The notes beneath the pieces were generated by a model. The model worked only from the letters and a program-made list of their open reading frames with translations, had not been told where the DNA came from and did not search any database. From Eledone cirrhosa (Eukaryota), in NCBI GenBank assembly GCA_964016885.1, contig OZ024760.1, positions 5,704,001-5,768,000 on the forward strand: a stretch of DNA of 64,000 nt. The letters are read 5' to 3'. Below, piece after piece: positions 14,440 through 28,103 of this stretch (positions within the stretch are counted from its first letter, which is position 1; each line of letters opens with the position of its first letter). The position numbers and the translations under genes were made by a program.

Positions 14440-15180
14440 CACACAGACACACACAGACACACACACAGAGACACACACACACAGGCACACACAGACACAC
14501 ACACATACACACACACACAGACACACACACACATACACACACACACACACATACACACGCTCCTTCATATATCCGTTCTCCACATCCGTTTCAATGAAAC
14601 CTGCTTCTCTATTGGATGTATTAGCCAACTCTTACAAGTTTCACATTGTATGTTGAAGAACTGTAAGGACAATAGTGGTGGTAGTGGTGGTGGTGGTGGT
14701 GGTGGTGGTGGTGGTAGTAGTAGTAGTGGTGGTGGTGGTGGTAGTAGTGGTGGTGGTGGTGGTAGTAGTGGTGGTGGTGGTAGTAGTAGTAGTAGTGGTG
14801 GTGGTGGTAATTGTAGTAGTAGCAGTGGTGGTGGTAGTAGCAGGAGTAGTGGTAGAAGTGGTGGCGGTGGTAGTAGTAGTAGCAGTAATAGTAGCAGCAG
14901 GAGCAGCAGTAGTGGTAGTAGTAGTAGCAGCAGCAGTAGTGGTGGTAGTAGTAGTAGTAGTAGTAGCAGCAGCAGTGGTGGTGGTGGTGGTGGTAGTAGT
15001 AGTAGTAGTAGCAGCAGCAGCAGTGGTGGTGGTGGTAGTAGTAGTAGCAGTAGTAGTGGTGGTGGTGGTGGTGGTAGCAGCAGTAGCAGCAGCAGCAGTA
15101 GTGGTAGTAGTAGTAGCAGCAGCAGTAGTGGTGGTAGTAGTAGTAGCAGCAGCAGTAGTGGTGGTAGTAGTAGTAGTAGT
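14238..15180. repeat. (CA)n followed by (GGT/AGT/AGC)n microsatellites
   Basis: Direct reading. Confidence 0.95.
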
Positions 15181-15299
15181 GTTGATAATGGCTAGTGGAA
15201 TTATGTAAAGCAGTGAACCATGGTGATAGCAGTGGAATATCTCTCATCTCTGATGACAACTAATTGGTGTAAATAGAGATAGGTTTGTGTGGACATGGA

Positions 15300-17180
15300 G
15301 ACATACATATACACACACACATGCATGCATACACATACACACATACACATGCATGCATACACATACACACATACATATACACACACACATGCATACATAC
15401 ACATGCATGCATACACATACACACATACACATACACACATACACATACATACACATGCATGCATATACATACACACATACATATACACACACATGCATAC
15501 ATACACATGCATGCATACACATACACACACACACATACACACACACATACACATGCACATACACACATACACATACGCACATGCATGCATACACATGCAT
15601 GCATACACACATACACATGCATGCATATACATACACACATACATATACACACACACATGCATACATACACATGCATGCATACACACACACATACACACAC
15701 ACACATGCATACACATACACACATACACACATACACACATGCATGCATACACACATGCATGCATACACATGCATGCATACACACACATGCATGCATATAC
15801 ATACACACATACATATACACACACATGCATACATACACATGCATGCATACACACACACATGCATGCATATACATACACACATACATATACACACACACAT
15901 GCATACATACACATGCATGCATACACATACACATACACACACACATACACATGCATGCATACACATGCATGCATATACATACACATGCATACATATACAT
16001 ACACACATACATATACACACACACATGCATACATACACATGCATGCATACACATACACACATACACATATACACATGCATGCATACACACATACACATGC
16101 ATGCATATACATACACACATACATATACACACACACACATGCATACATACACATGCATGCATACACATACACACATACACATACACATGCATGCATACAC
16201 ATGCATGCATATACATACACACATACACATACACATGCATACATATACATACACACATACATATACACACACACATTCATCCATACACATGCATGCATAC
16301 ACACATACACATGAATGCATATACATACACACATACACATGCATACATATACATACACACATACATGCATATATGTACACACATACACATGCATGCATAT
16401 ACATACACACACATGCATGCATATACGTACACACATACACATGCATGCATATACGTACACACATACACATGCATGCATATACATACACACATACACATGC
16501 ATGCATATACATACACACATACACATGCATGCATATACATACACACATACACATACATGCATATACATACACACATACACATGCACACATACACACATAC
16601 ACATGCATACATACACGCATACATGCATATACGTATACACATACACATGCATACATATACACACACACATAAATAGAAAACACCATACACACACATACAA
16701 CACCATATACACACACACATGCATACGTATACATACACACATACATAGACAACACCATACACACAAATACACATGCATACATACACACACACACATACAA
16801 CACCATATACACACATACACATGCATACATACACACACACACACATACAACACCATATACACACATACATAGAGAACACCATATACGTAGACATATATAT
16901 ATATATATACAACACCATACACACACATACACATGCATACATACACACATACATACATACATACACATATAATTACACACACATGCATACACACACAACA
17001 CCATACACACAGACACGCATATACATACATACACACACATATACATACATACACACACGCATACATACATGCACACACACACACATACACCCATGCATAC
17101 AACACCATACACACACAGACACATACATACACACATACACACACGCATACATACACACACATACACACATCCATATACAT
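15300..17180. repeat. Complex (CA)/(CATG)/(CATA) microsatellite
   Basis: Direct reading. Confidence 0.95.
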
Positions 17181-17431
17181 CCCCCACCCCCCACCCCACC
17201 CCCAAATACACACACACGGATACATATGCAACCCCATACACACATATACGCAATCAACCCCCCTCCACACACACACACACACATACCCCCCTCAACCGAC
17301 CTCCCCCCTCCTCCACCCGACCTCCTCCCCCCGACCTTCTCACCCCCCCCCATGTTTGTCACCACAGTTTCTCTTCTCTCATTACATTCCATCGTCTCCA
17401 TAAACAGGTTAAGTGTTTTGTTTTTTTTTTC

Positions 17432-17597
17432 TTTAGATCACCTCTGACCACTTCTGCCAAGATCTTCCTTGGTCATCCTCTACTGCAGCTTCCTTCCACT
17501 GGGATCTCTTGCCACTTCTTCAATCAATGATTAATGTCCACATGTATCAGGTGTCCATACAAGTGCAAGCTTCTCTCCTGCACAGAACACTCGATTC
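17432..17597 (-). pseudogene. Degenerate RTE-like LINE fragment
   Basis: IECSVQERSLHLYGHLIHVDINH*LKKWQEIPVEGSCSRG*PRKILAEVVRGDL aligns to the 39946-40433 peptide, with stops. Confidence 0.75.
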
Positions 17598-17794
17598 GTC
17601 TGTGACGTCAAATCAAATTCTGCGTGTGTTTGTTATAGCTTAATTGCTACGAATTAATGTTTTGTCTCTCGTCTCTTACTCTACTGGACAGCGTTTGGCT
17701 TGTGTCAGTCACTGTGACCATGCTGGAGTAAGGTAACCACACCTGTGCTGTTTAAATGTGGCCATGCTGGGACATTACATCAGCACAGTGCTGT

Positions 17795-19237
17795 TTAACC
17801 CTTTAGTGTTCAAACCGACCAGATTCTCTACCACTTTCTGTTAAAACTGGCTGTAACTGGTCGCTCATACTGATGTTAAGGTATTGTTCTCAAAATAAAT
17901 ACTTTCAAAATCTCATAGATTCGATATTATGTGAGATAATTTTGTGAGGTAAAGCCTTTACCATGAAATATAATTGTTTCTACCTTTGGCACAAGGCCAG
18001 CAATTACCCAGTACATTACTGGTACTTTATTTTATCGACCCCGCAAGGATGAAAGGCAAAGTCAACCTCGGCGGGATTTACCATGAAAATATAATAGTAT
18101 ATATAGAGTAATGTAAATGTTATGTGAGGTAAAGCCTTTACCATGAAAACATAATAGTATATATAGAGTAATGTGAATGCTAAAGGGTTAAATGTGTCCA
18201 TGCTGGGGCTTTACATCAGTACCTGTGCTGTTTAAATATGGCCATGCTGGGGCTTTACATCAGTACCTGTGCTGTTTAAATGTAGCCATGCCGGAGCATT
18301 ATAACCACACCCACTCTGTTGAAACTGGCCACTCATACTGACGTTAAGGTATTGTTCTCAAAATAAATGATATCAAAATCTTATAGATTCGATATCAAGT
18401 AAGATAATTTATGAGGTAAAACCTTTACCACAAAAATACAATAGTAAATATAGAGTAATGTAAAATGCTAAAGAGTTAAACTGGCCATATCTGGTTAGAA
18501 TTCTATCACCTCTTTCTGTTCAAACCAGCTGTAACTGGTCACTCATACTGATGTTAAGGTATTGTTTTCAAAATAAATAACATCAAAATCTCATAGATTC
18601 CTTATTATGTAAGATAATTATATGAAGTAAAGCCTGTACCATGAAAATATAATAGTAAATATAGAGTAATGTAAATGCTAAATATTTAAGATAGTAAGAA
18701 TGGTAGACTAATTACAAAAATTACTATTACAGCAGACACTAGCCATTGAGTAAAACTTGGTAGGATCTTAGATGAAATAGCAGAGGTGATGCATTTAAAC
18801 CAGCTGTATCAGGCCAGAATTCTCTCACCTCTTTCTGTTCAAACCAGCTCTAACTGGCCATTCATACTGATCTTAAAGTATTGTTCTCAAAATGAATAAC
18901 ATCAAAATCTCATAGATTCGGTATTGTGTGAGATAATTATGTGAGATAATAATGTAAAATATTTACCACAAAAATACAATAGTATATATATAAAGAGTAA
19001 TGTAAATGCTAAAGGGCTAAACCAGGCTGTATCAGGCCAGAATTCTCTCACCTCTTTCTATTCAAACCAGCTCTAACCAGTCACTCATACTGATGTTAAG
19101 GTATTGTTCTCAAAATAAATAACATCAAAATCTCATAGATTCGATATTACGCGAGATAATTATGTAAGATATTTACGTCAAAAATACAATAGTATAATAT
19201 ATATAGAGAGAGAGTAATGTAAATGCTAAAGGGTTAA
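17795..19237 (-). mobile_element. Cluster of about five piggyBac-like MITE copies, partly in tandem, one with a SINE C fragment
   Basis: Repeated units of about 220 bp ending AATGTAAATGCTAAAGGGTTAA; SINE C piece at 17972-18078. Confidence 0.75.
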
Positions 19238-19772
19238 TGTCTGTTTTTCCTGCTGTTTTTAAGAGTTAGCGAATAATGAGAGACAGTTAAACTTACATAA
19301 ACACAAGCAGAGATACAGACACACAGATACAGACACACAGATATAAACACATAGAAATACACTTTCACACACCCTCACACAAATACACACACAAACAGAC
19401 ACACAGAAGATGGCCAGTGAAGGTTTTAGAGAAAGATGAGAGACATAGTGAGACTTACATAAACAAAATAAAGATGTACATCCATCTAGTAGGTTCTACT
19501 ACCGATATAGTTAGTGGAATATATACCACAAGATGTGTATTCTACATTGTTTATATATATATATATATATATATATACACCCATATGTATGTGTGTGTGT
19601 GTGTGGTGTATCTCTCTCTCTATCACTCTCTCTATATATATATATGTATGTATGTATGTGTATATGTGTATATGACTATGTGAAGTTAAATTGTCATGTG
19701 AATGATACAAACCACTCCTGTACTTCTGTCATTAAGATATTGTAGACTATTTAACTATGTTGGTAAATAAAC

Positions 19773-20041
19773 TGCCACCACCACCACCGCCACCGCCACC
19801 ACCACCACCACCACCACCGCCGCCAACCACCACCGCCACCACCACTGCTACCACCACCACCACCACCGCCACCACTGCCACCACCACTGCCACCACCACC
19901 ACTGCCACCACCACCACCACCACCACTGCCACCACCACCACCACCACCACCACTGCCACCACCACTGCCACCACCACCACTGCCACCACCACCACCACCA
20001 TCGCCACCACCACCACCACCACCACTGCCACCACCACTGCC
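19773..20041. repeat. (CCA)n microsatellite
   Basis: Direct reading. Confidence 0.95.
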
Positions 20042-20054
20042 ATTGTCGTTGTGT

Positions 20055-20240
20055 AGGCACCACGACAAAAAGCACCAGCCCATACTGTAAAGTGGTTGGC
20101 ATTACGAAGGGTATTGAGCCGTAGAAACCAAGCCAGAATCAGTTCTATATGAGCAAGACACAGTCACCTGACTCAACTTGCCTAAAATGGACAACCCAGC
20201 TAACCCATGTTAGTGTGGAAAATGGGTGTTAAACGATGAT
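20055..20240 (+). mobile_element. SINE A-related 3' fragment
   Basis: GGCACCACGACAAAAAGCACC...AGCCAGAATCAGTTC...TAAACGATGATG. Confidence 0.7.
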
Positions 20241-20241
20241 G

Positions 20242-20274
<33 letters not shown>

Positions 20275-20380
20275 TACATGAGTGTGTGTATTACCCAATA
20301 GCTGACCTCCAACAGTTGTAAGAATGACAACAGTATGTGGCAGTAATCAGGTCAGAAGATGACAACAAAACACTTTAGGA

Positions 20381-22560
20381 GTTTATAGTACATAGCAACA
20401 ACACTATAGATAAATAGAACATCTAACAGTGTATAGAGACTATATAGTAGTGGGTGTGTTGTGGGACAGTTTATAGTACATAGCAACAACACTATAGATA
20501 AATAGAACATCTAACAGTGTATAGAGACTATATAGTAGTGGGTGTGTTGTGGGACAGTTTATAGTACATAGCAACACTATAGATAAATAGAACATCTAAC
20601 AGTGTATAGAGACTATATAGTAGTGGGTGTGTTGTGGGACAGTTTATAGTACATAGCAACAACACTATAGATAAATAGAACATCTAACAGTGTATAGAGA
20701 CTATATAATAGTGGGTGTGTTGTGGGACAGTTTATAGTACATAGCAACAACACTATAGATAAATAGAACATCTAACAGTGTATAGAGACTATATAGTAGT
20801 GGGTGTGTTGTGGGACAGTTTATAGTACATAGCAACACTATAGATAAATAGAACATCTAACAGTGTATAGAGACTATATAGTAGTGGGTGTGTTGTGGGA
20901 CAGTTTATAGTACATAGCAACAACACTATAGATAAATAGAACATCTAACAGTGTATAGAGACTATATAGTAGTGGGTGTGTTGTGGGACAGTTTATAGTA
21001 CATAGCAACACTATAGATAAATAGAACATCTAACAGTGTATAGAGACTATATAGTAGTGGGTGTGTTGTGGGACAGTTTATAGTACATAGCAACAACACT
21101 ATAGATAAATAGAACATCTAACAGTGTATAGAGACTATATAGTAGTGGGTGTGTTGTGGGACAGTTTATAGTACATAGCAACAACACTATAGATAAATAG
21201 AACATCTAACAGTGTATAGAGACTATATAGTAGTGGGTGTGTTGTGGGACAGTTTATAGTACATAGCAACACTATAGATAAATAGAACATCTAACAGTGT
21301 ATAGAGACTATATAGTAGTGGGTGTGTTGTGGGACAGTTTATAGTACATAGCAACAACACTATAGATAAATAGAACATCTAACAGTGTATAGAGACTATA
21401 TAGTAGTGGGTGTGTTGTGGGACAGTTTATAGTACATAGCAACAACACTATAGATAAATAGAACATCTAACAGTGTATAGAGACTATATAGTAGTGGGTG
21501 TGTTGTGGGACAGTTTATAGTACATAGCAACACTATAGATAAATAGAACATCTAACAGTGTATAGAGACTATATAGTAGTGGGTGTGTTGTGGGACAGTT
21601 TATAGTACATAACAACAACACTATAGATAAATAGAACATCTAACAGTGTATAGAGACTATATAGTAGTGGGTGTGTTGTGGGACAGTTTATAGTACATAG
21701 CAACAACACTATAGATAAATAGAACATCTAACAGTGTATAGAGACTATATAGTAGTGGGTGTGTTGTGGGACAGTTTATAGTACATAGCAACACTATAGA
21801 TAAATAGAACATCTAACAGTGTATAGAGACTATATAGTAGTGGGTGTGTTGTGGGACAGTTTATAGTACATAGCAACACTATAGATAAATAGAACATCTA
21901 ACAGTGTATAGAGACTATATAGTAGTGGGTGTGTTGTGGGACAGTTTATAGTACATAGCAACAACACTATAGATAAATAGAACATCTAACAGTGTATAGA
22001 GACTATATAGTAGTGGGTGTGTTGTGGGACAGTTTATAGTACATAGCAACACTATAGATAAATAGAACATCTAACAGTGTATAGAGACTATATAGTAGTG
22101 GGTGTGTTGTGGGACAGTTTATAGTACATAGCAACAACACTATAGATAAATAGAACATCTAACAGTGTATAGAGACTATATAGTAGTGGGTGTGTTGTGG
22201 GACAGTTTATAGTACATAGCAACACTATAGATAAATAGAACATCTAACAGTGTATAGAGACTATATAGTAGTGGGTGTGTTGTGCGACAGTTTATAGTAC
22301 ATAGCAACAACACTATAGATAAATAGAACATCTAACAGTGTATAGAGACTATATAGTAGTGGGTGTGTTGTGGGACAGTTTATAGTACATAGCAACAACA
22401 CTATAGATAAATAGAACATCTAACAGTGTATAGAGACTATATAGTAGTGGGTGTGTTGTGGGACAGTTTATAGTACATAGCAACACTATAGATAAATAGA
22501 ACATATAGTAATGTGTGTGTGTTGTGGGACGGTTTATAGTACATGATAACAACACTATAG
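20381..22560. repeat. 88/85-bp tandem satellite, about 25 copies
   Basis: Unit GTTTATAGTACATAGCAA(CAA)CACTATAGATAAATAGAACATCTAACAGTGTATAGAGACTATATAGTAGTGGGTGTGTTGTGGGACA. Confidence 0.97.
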
Positions 22561-22817
22561 AAAGATAGCACATATAGTAATGTGTGTGCATATGTATATT
22601 GTGCTGTATGTATATGTTGTGGTATATAACAGCAACACTATGATAAACTATATAACAATTTGCGTTGAGTTGCGTTGCGTTGCGTTGCGTTGCGTTGCGT
22701 TGTGTGTGTGTTGTGGGATATTGTGGGTGGCAACTGTCACAATTGGAACACCTTTCACCATAGGGGTACTTTGTCAGAGCTGATCCTGGTATGGTGGGAT
22801 AGGATGGGGTAGGGTGA

Positions 22818-24283
22818 ATGGATAGGGGTCGAGGGTGTTGGTGGATGGATAGGGGTCGAGGGTGTTGTTGGATGGATAGGGGTCGAGGGTGTTGGTGGAT
22901 GGATATGGGTCGAGGGTGTTGGTGGATGGATAGGGGTCGAGGGTGTTGTTGGATGGATAGGGGTCGAGGGTGTTGGTGGATGGGATGGGGTAGGGTGAAG
23001 GGTGTGGGTGGATGTATAGGGGTCGAGGGTGTTGGTGGATGGATAGGGGTCGAGTGTGTTGGTGGATGGATAGGGGTCGAGGGTGTTGGTGGATGGATAT
23101 GGGTCAAGGGTGTTGGTGGATGGATAGGGGTCGAGGGTGTTGGTGGATGGATAGGGGTCGAGGGTGTTGGTGGATGGATAGGGGTCGAGGGTATTGGTGG
23201 ATGGATAGGGGTCAAGGGTGTTGGTGGATGGATAGGGGTCGAGGGTGTTGGTGGATGGATAGGGGTCGAGGGTGTTGGTGGATGGATAGGGGTCGAGGGT
23301 GTTGGTGGATGGATAGGGGTCGAGGGTGTTGGTGGATGGATAGGGGTCGAGGGTGTTGGTGGATGGATAGGGGTCGAGGGTGTTGGTGGATGGATAGGGG
23401 TCGAGGGTGTTGGTGGATGGATAGGGGTCGAGGGTGTTGGTGGATGGATAGGGGTCGAGGGTGTTGGTGGATAGATAGGGGTCGAGGGTGTTGGTGGATG
23501 TATATGGGTCAAGGGTGTTGGTGGATGGATAGGGGTCGAGGGTGTTGGTGGATGGATAGGGGTCGAGGGTGTTGGTGGATGGATAGGGGTCGAGGGTATT
23601 GGTGGATGGATAGGGGTCGAGGGTGTTGGTGGATGGATAGGGGTCGAGGGTGTTGGTGGATGGATAGGGGTCGAAGGTGTTGGTGGATGGATAGGGGTCG
23701 AGGGTGTTGTTGGATGGATAGGAGTCGAGGGTGTTGTTGGATGGATAGTGGTCGAGGGTGTTGTTGGATGGATAGGAGTCGAGGGTGTTGTTGGATGGAT
23801 AGGGGTCGAGGGTGTTGGTGGATGGATAGGGGTCAAGGGCATTGGTGGATAGATAGGGGTCGAGGGTGTTGGTGGATGTATATGGGTCAAGGGTGTTGGT
23901 GGATGGATAGGGGTCGAGGGTGTTGGTGGATGGATAGGGGTCGAGGGTGTTGGTGGATGGATAGGGGTCGAGGGTGTTGGTGGATGGATAGGGGTCGAGG
24001 GTGTTGGTGGATGGATAGGGGTCGAGGGTGTTGGTGGATGGATAGGGGTCGAGGGTGTTGGTGGATGGATAGGGGTCGAGGGTGTTGGTGGATGGATAGG
24101 GGTCGAGGGTGTTGTTGGATGGATAGGAGTCGAGGGTGTTGTTGGATGGATAGGGGTCGAGGGTGTTGGTGGATGGATAGGGGTCAAGGGCATTGGTGGA
24201 TGGATAGGGGTCGAGGGTGTTGGTGGATGGATAGGGGTCAAGGGTATTGGTGGATGGATAGGGGTCAAGGGTATTGGTGGATG
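22818..24283. repeat. 27-bp G-rich minisatellite, about 54 copies
   Basis: Unit GGATGGATAGGGGTCGAGGGTGTTGGT. Confidence 0.97.
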
Positions 24284-24334
24284 GGGTGGAGTGTAGTGCA
24301 GAGGGTGGGGGGACAGGTGTGTGTGTGGTGGGGA

Positions 24335-24850
24335 TAACTAAATAAACAACAACAAAATATGTCTATTGGGTCAGGGTTGGGATGGGGTGAAGGGTGATGG
24401 TAGTGAGGGGATAGATGGGGGGGGCCTCTAAATAAATAACTGTTTCTACATTTGGCACAAGGCCAGTAATTACCCCAGTGTATTACTGGTACTTTATTTT
24501 ATCGACCCCGTAAGGATGAAAGGCAAAGTTAACCAATAAATAACAACAACAAAATAAGTCTCCTGGGTCAGGGTTGAGGTGGGGATGTGGGGTGGTGGTG
24601 GTGGAATAGATGGGCGTGGCAGCTAAATAAACAACAACAACAACAACAAAATAAGTCTACTGAGTAAGGGTTGGGATGTGGTAGAGGGTGGTGGTGATGG
24701 TGGTGGGGGATAGATTAGGGGAGGGAGGATGGCTGTATGTAAACAACAACAAGAACAACACCAACAACAAAATATGTCTCCGGAGTCAGGGGTGGGGTGG
24801 AGGGTGATGGGATAGATGGGGCTGGCGGCTAAATCAACAACAACAACAAC
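24335..24850. repeat. Degenerate tandem repeat (units of about 90-130 bp) with a SINE C fragment at 24440-24533
   Basis: Recurrent (CAA)nAAT..GTCT...GGG..GGG...ATAGATGGG. Confidence 0.6.
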
Positions 24851-25271
24851 AATATTGAGAAAAAGAAACTTACATGGTGTGAACGTAGAAATTAAATTAA
24901 TATACGAGGGAGGAGAAGCAGTACTTGTATGTCTGAGGAAATTATAGGTTTGTGAACAGCAAAAATAAACATCGCAGTGTTTCGTGGATTTAATAGAAAC
25001 GCGAGGGTTTATTGCTAATGTTTTTGGGAGGAGGGAGCGGTTAAAATATGTGGTCATAAGGCTTAGATAAAAGATGTTTATTGTAAAGTAATAATAATGG
25101 AACAATAATAATAATAGTTTCTTTATCAACAACAGCAAGCGCACTAGTAAAGGAATAACTACCTAATTATGTGGAATAATTAAATTTGTTTTGTAAAGTG
25201 AGAGCAGGAAGATAGTCTTAAGAGCACTGATAAAATGTCATTCAACTTAAATATCTATATCTATGTGTGTG

Positions 25272-25302
<31 letters not shown>

Positions 25303-25304
25303 GG

Positions 25305-25632
25305 AAGTGGTTAGAGAATTGGTCTTGCAATCGAAATGTTGTGAGTTCAATTCTCAAACCGGGCGATGTGTTGTTTCCTTGAGCAAGACATTTTGTTTCA
25401 CATTGCTCCAGTTTACTCAGCTGTAGAAATGAGATGATAGGGACTGGGGTCCCTATCATTCCACTGTAAAGTGGACGTGTAGGTGCCACGGCAAAAAAGC
25501 ACCCAGCACTCACTGTAAATGAGGTTGGTGTTAGGAAGGGCATCCAGCTGTAGAAATCAAGCCAGAATCAGTTCCCGTCCCACCCTTGCTAGCAGGGAAA
25601 AAGCGGACGTAAAATGATGATGATGATGATGA
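25305..25632 (+). mobile_element. SINE family A
   Basis: Matches the other copies; (GAT)n tail. Confidence 0.9.
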
Positions 25633-25654
25633 TATATATATATATATATATATA

Positions 25655-25790
25655 TCAGAATGGAGGCTGTAAAAATCAGTTAGACCATTACTCACCAGAG
25701 TACTCAATACTTGGGGTAGTAGAGTGGGTAATATGAAAAATTTGGGACCCCGACGGCTGAGCTCTGGCCATTTCAACAGCTAGATCTAAA

Positions 25791-25794
<4 letters not shown>
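25655..25794 (-). mobile_element. PLE-like terminal fragment of the same family as 10279-10421
   Basis: Reverse complement: GAAATGGC-CAGAGCTCA-GCCGTC-GGGGTC...TATTACCCACTCTACTACCCCAAGTATTGAGTAC; TA-flanked. Confidence 0.7.
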
Positions 25795-25830
<36 letters not shown>

Positions 25831-25959
25831 CATATATGCGTGTGTGTGTGTGTGTGTGTGCGTGTTCCGGACAGATTGTTTGCTGGACACACGAGCAAAA
25901 GGACGTGTTTTTTTCCTGCCAGCGGCATATCACAAAATCGAATTTCATCTGAGGATACC

Positions 25960-25973
25960 GTTCCCATGACAAC
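25960..25973. promoter_or_regulatory. Possible RFX X-box
   Basis: GTTCCCATGACAAC versus consensus GTTGCCATGGCAAC, in a CpG-containing unique stretch. Confidence 0.3.
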
Positions 25974-26221
25974 AACGAACGCATGAATTATATCTTGGAT
26001 TGTATGGGAGAACCGTTGAAATAATTATAATGAATAATGGGTATGGGTTGGTTAATTACCAACACTTCAGTATGCTCTAGTATACTCAGCTGAAAATTAA
26101 AGTAGGTATTTGTTCCTTAACTCGTTAGTGGTTTGGTATGTAGAATAGGCAACTGCTTTTTTAAAGTGAGAGAAGAGAGTGTATTCAGATAATGTAGTGT
26201 TGATGTAATAAAATATTACAT

Positions 26222-26381
26222 TGTTGTGGGCAGTGTCTGGTCGGCTGACCATGCCTTGCTCAAATCAGTTCCTGTATGACCAAGGCATGGTCAGCCGACC
26301 AGACACTGCCCACAACAGGACAGCCCGTCTAACCCATGCTAGCGTGGAAGAACGGACGTAAAACGGTGATGATGATGATGA
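26222..26381 (+). mobile_element. SINE 3' fragment with 5' inversion
   Basis: Perfect 37-bp inverted repeat at 26222-26258 and 26281-26317; tail like 13520-13613. Confidence 0.8.
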
Positions 26382-26623
26382 CCGTATATACTCATGTAAA
26401 AGTTAAATTTTTGGGACCATTTTTTTAAGGTTAAATTTACGGGATCGACTATTACATGGATATTACTTTTGCGGGGTTTGAATCCAAAGTACCATATCAG
26501 TATCAGAAGCCCAACCCTTTAACATTTACATTACTCTATATTTATTATTGTATTTCTGTCGTAACGGTTTTATCTCACATAATATCAATGCTGGCGTAGA
26601 AGATAGACGTTAATCAATAATAA

Positions 26624-26670
<47 letters not shown>

Positions 26671-26928
26671 TACATCATTTGGGAGAAGCATAACAAAGAA
26701 AGATACTGTATATACTTGTAGATTAGTTCACATTAAAAAAATTGGGTTAAAAAAATCCGCAAGCAGCTTATCTCTTGACTCTTGATCTGGGCTTGAGATT
26801 CACAACACTTTTTTTTACATTTTTTCTTTTTTTACATAACTCTATTTCATTATATCCCCTAATTATGTCACTCATAAATAATTGAACATACTTATACGAT
26901 TGATTATCATTCTGTTGTAAATATGACT

Positions 26929-27103
26929 TTAAACAGATAATGTACACATGTATGTATAAAGCAAATGATATATAGTTGTAACTGTGTAAAGTGTGGGACG
27001 TGAACAATCTGGTGTGTTTGTCTTTTTGAGGTTTATCAATGTATGCTGTGAGTTTCCTTGTCCTGAGTGTCGGGAAGACACTCGGCAAGGAATGGAAACA
27101 AAA
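26929..27103 (-). CDS. Probable terminal coding exon of the coiled-coil host gene
   Basis: TCTTCCTTCAG| acceptor in phase with the upstream exon; reads FVSIPCRVSSRHSGQGNSQH...TLSV*. Confidence 0.45.
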
Positions 27104-27298
27104 CTGAAGGAAGAGCAAAAACATAAACAACGACAACAACAACAACAACAACAACAGAAGATAGGAAAAAAAAGAAGAAGAAGACAAAGACGAAGAAGAA
27201 GACGAAGAAGAAGAAAATAAGAAAAATAAGAGGAAGAGGAGGGGTAGGATGGGAAAGAAGAAGAAGAAGAAGAGGAGGAGGAGGGTGAGGCAACTAAC

Positions 27299-27426
27299 CT
27301 TGTATTGATCTGGCGCTGTAGCTGATCAATTTCCTTCTGGAGAAAAGACACAACGGCTCGGTTGGCGTCTAATTCTTCTTCAACAGATGACAAATCATCT
27401 TTCAGTGCCAGATTTTCAAATTCAGA
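27299..27426 (-). CDS. Probable host exon encoding a coiled coil: SEFENLALKDDLSSVEEELDANRAVVSFLQKEIDQLQRQINT
   Basis: TAATTTCAG| acceptor, AG|GTTAGT donor, 128 nt open frame, heptad hydrophobic pattern. Confidence 0.7.
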
Positions 27427-27564
27427 CTGAAATTACAACACAATGTTTATTTATTATTTGGTGGAATTGTAGAATCGGTAGAGCATTGGACAAAATGCAT
27501 TATGCTACAGGTAAAATTCTGTTATAACAAATACCATTATAAAGTTGGGCGAAGCAATAATTTT

Positions 27565-27915
27565 GTGGAGGCACGTGGCTTAGTGGTTAGAGCATTGGCT
27601 TTGCAATCGAAAGGTTGTGAGTTCAATTCTCAGACCGGATGATGTGTTGTTTCCTTGAGCAAGACACTTTATTTCACATTGCTCCAGTTTACTCAGCTGT
27701 AGAAATGAGATGATATGGACTGGGGTCCCTATCATACCACTGCAAAGTGGTCGTGGAGGTGCCACGGCAAAAAAGCACCCAGCACTCACTGTAAATGAGG
27801 TTGGTGTTAGGAAGGGCATCCAGCTGTAGAAATCAAGCCAGCATCAGTTCCCGTCCCACCCTTGCAAGCAGGGAAAAAGCGGACGTAAAATGAAATGATG
27901 ATGATGATGATGATG
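27565..27915 (+). mobile_element. SINE family A, full length
   Basis: A and B boxes, body and (ATG)n tail. Confidence 0.9.
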
Positions 27916-28103
27916 AATGTGAGGTAAAATTCTGTTATAACGAATTTTTCAGTATAACAAAGTTTTTTTTCAATCCCCAAGGTAATAACAAACAAACGCT
28001 CCATTTGTTTCGGTTGACCTCATTATAAAGAATTTTTTCGTTACAATGATTTTTTTTTATACCCTATGAATTTTGTTCTAACGGAATTTCACTGTATTTA
28101 CTT

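Noticed and set aside
22349-24268. 639-aa mucin/extensin-like Pro-Thr ORF
   Set aside because: By-product of a 27-bp tandem repeat that is open on both strands; no signal peptide or credible gene structure
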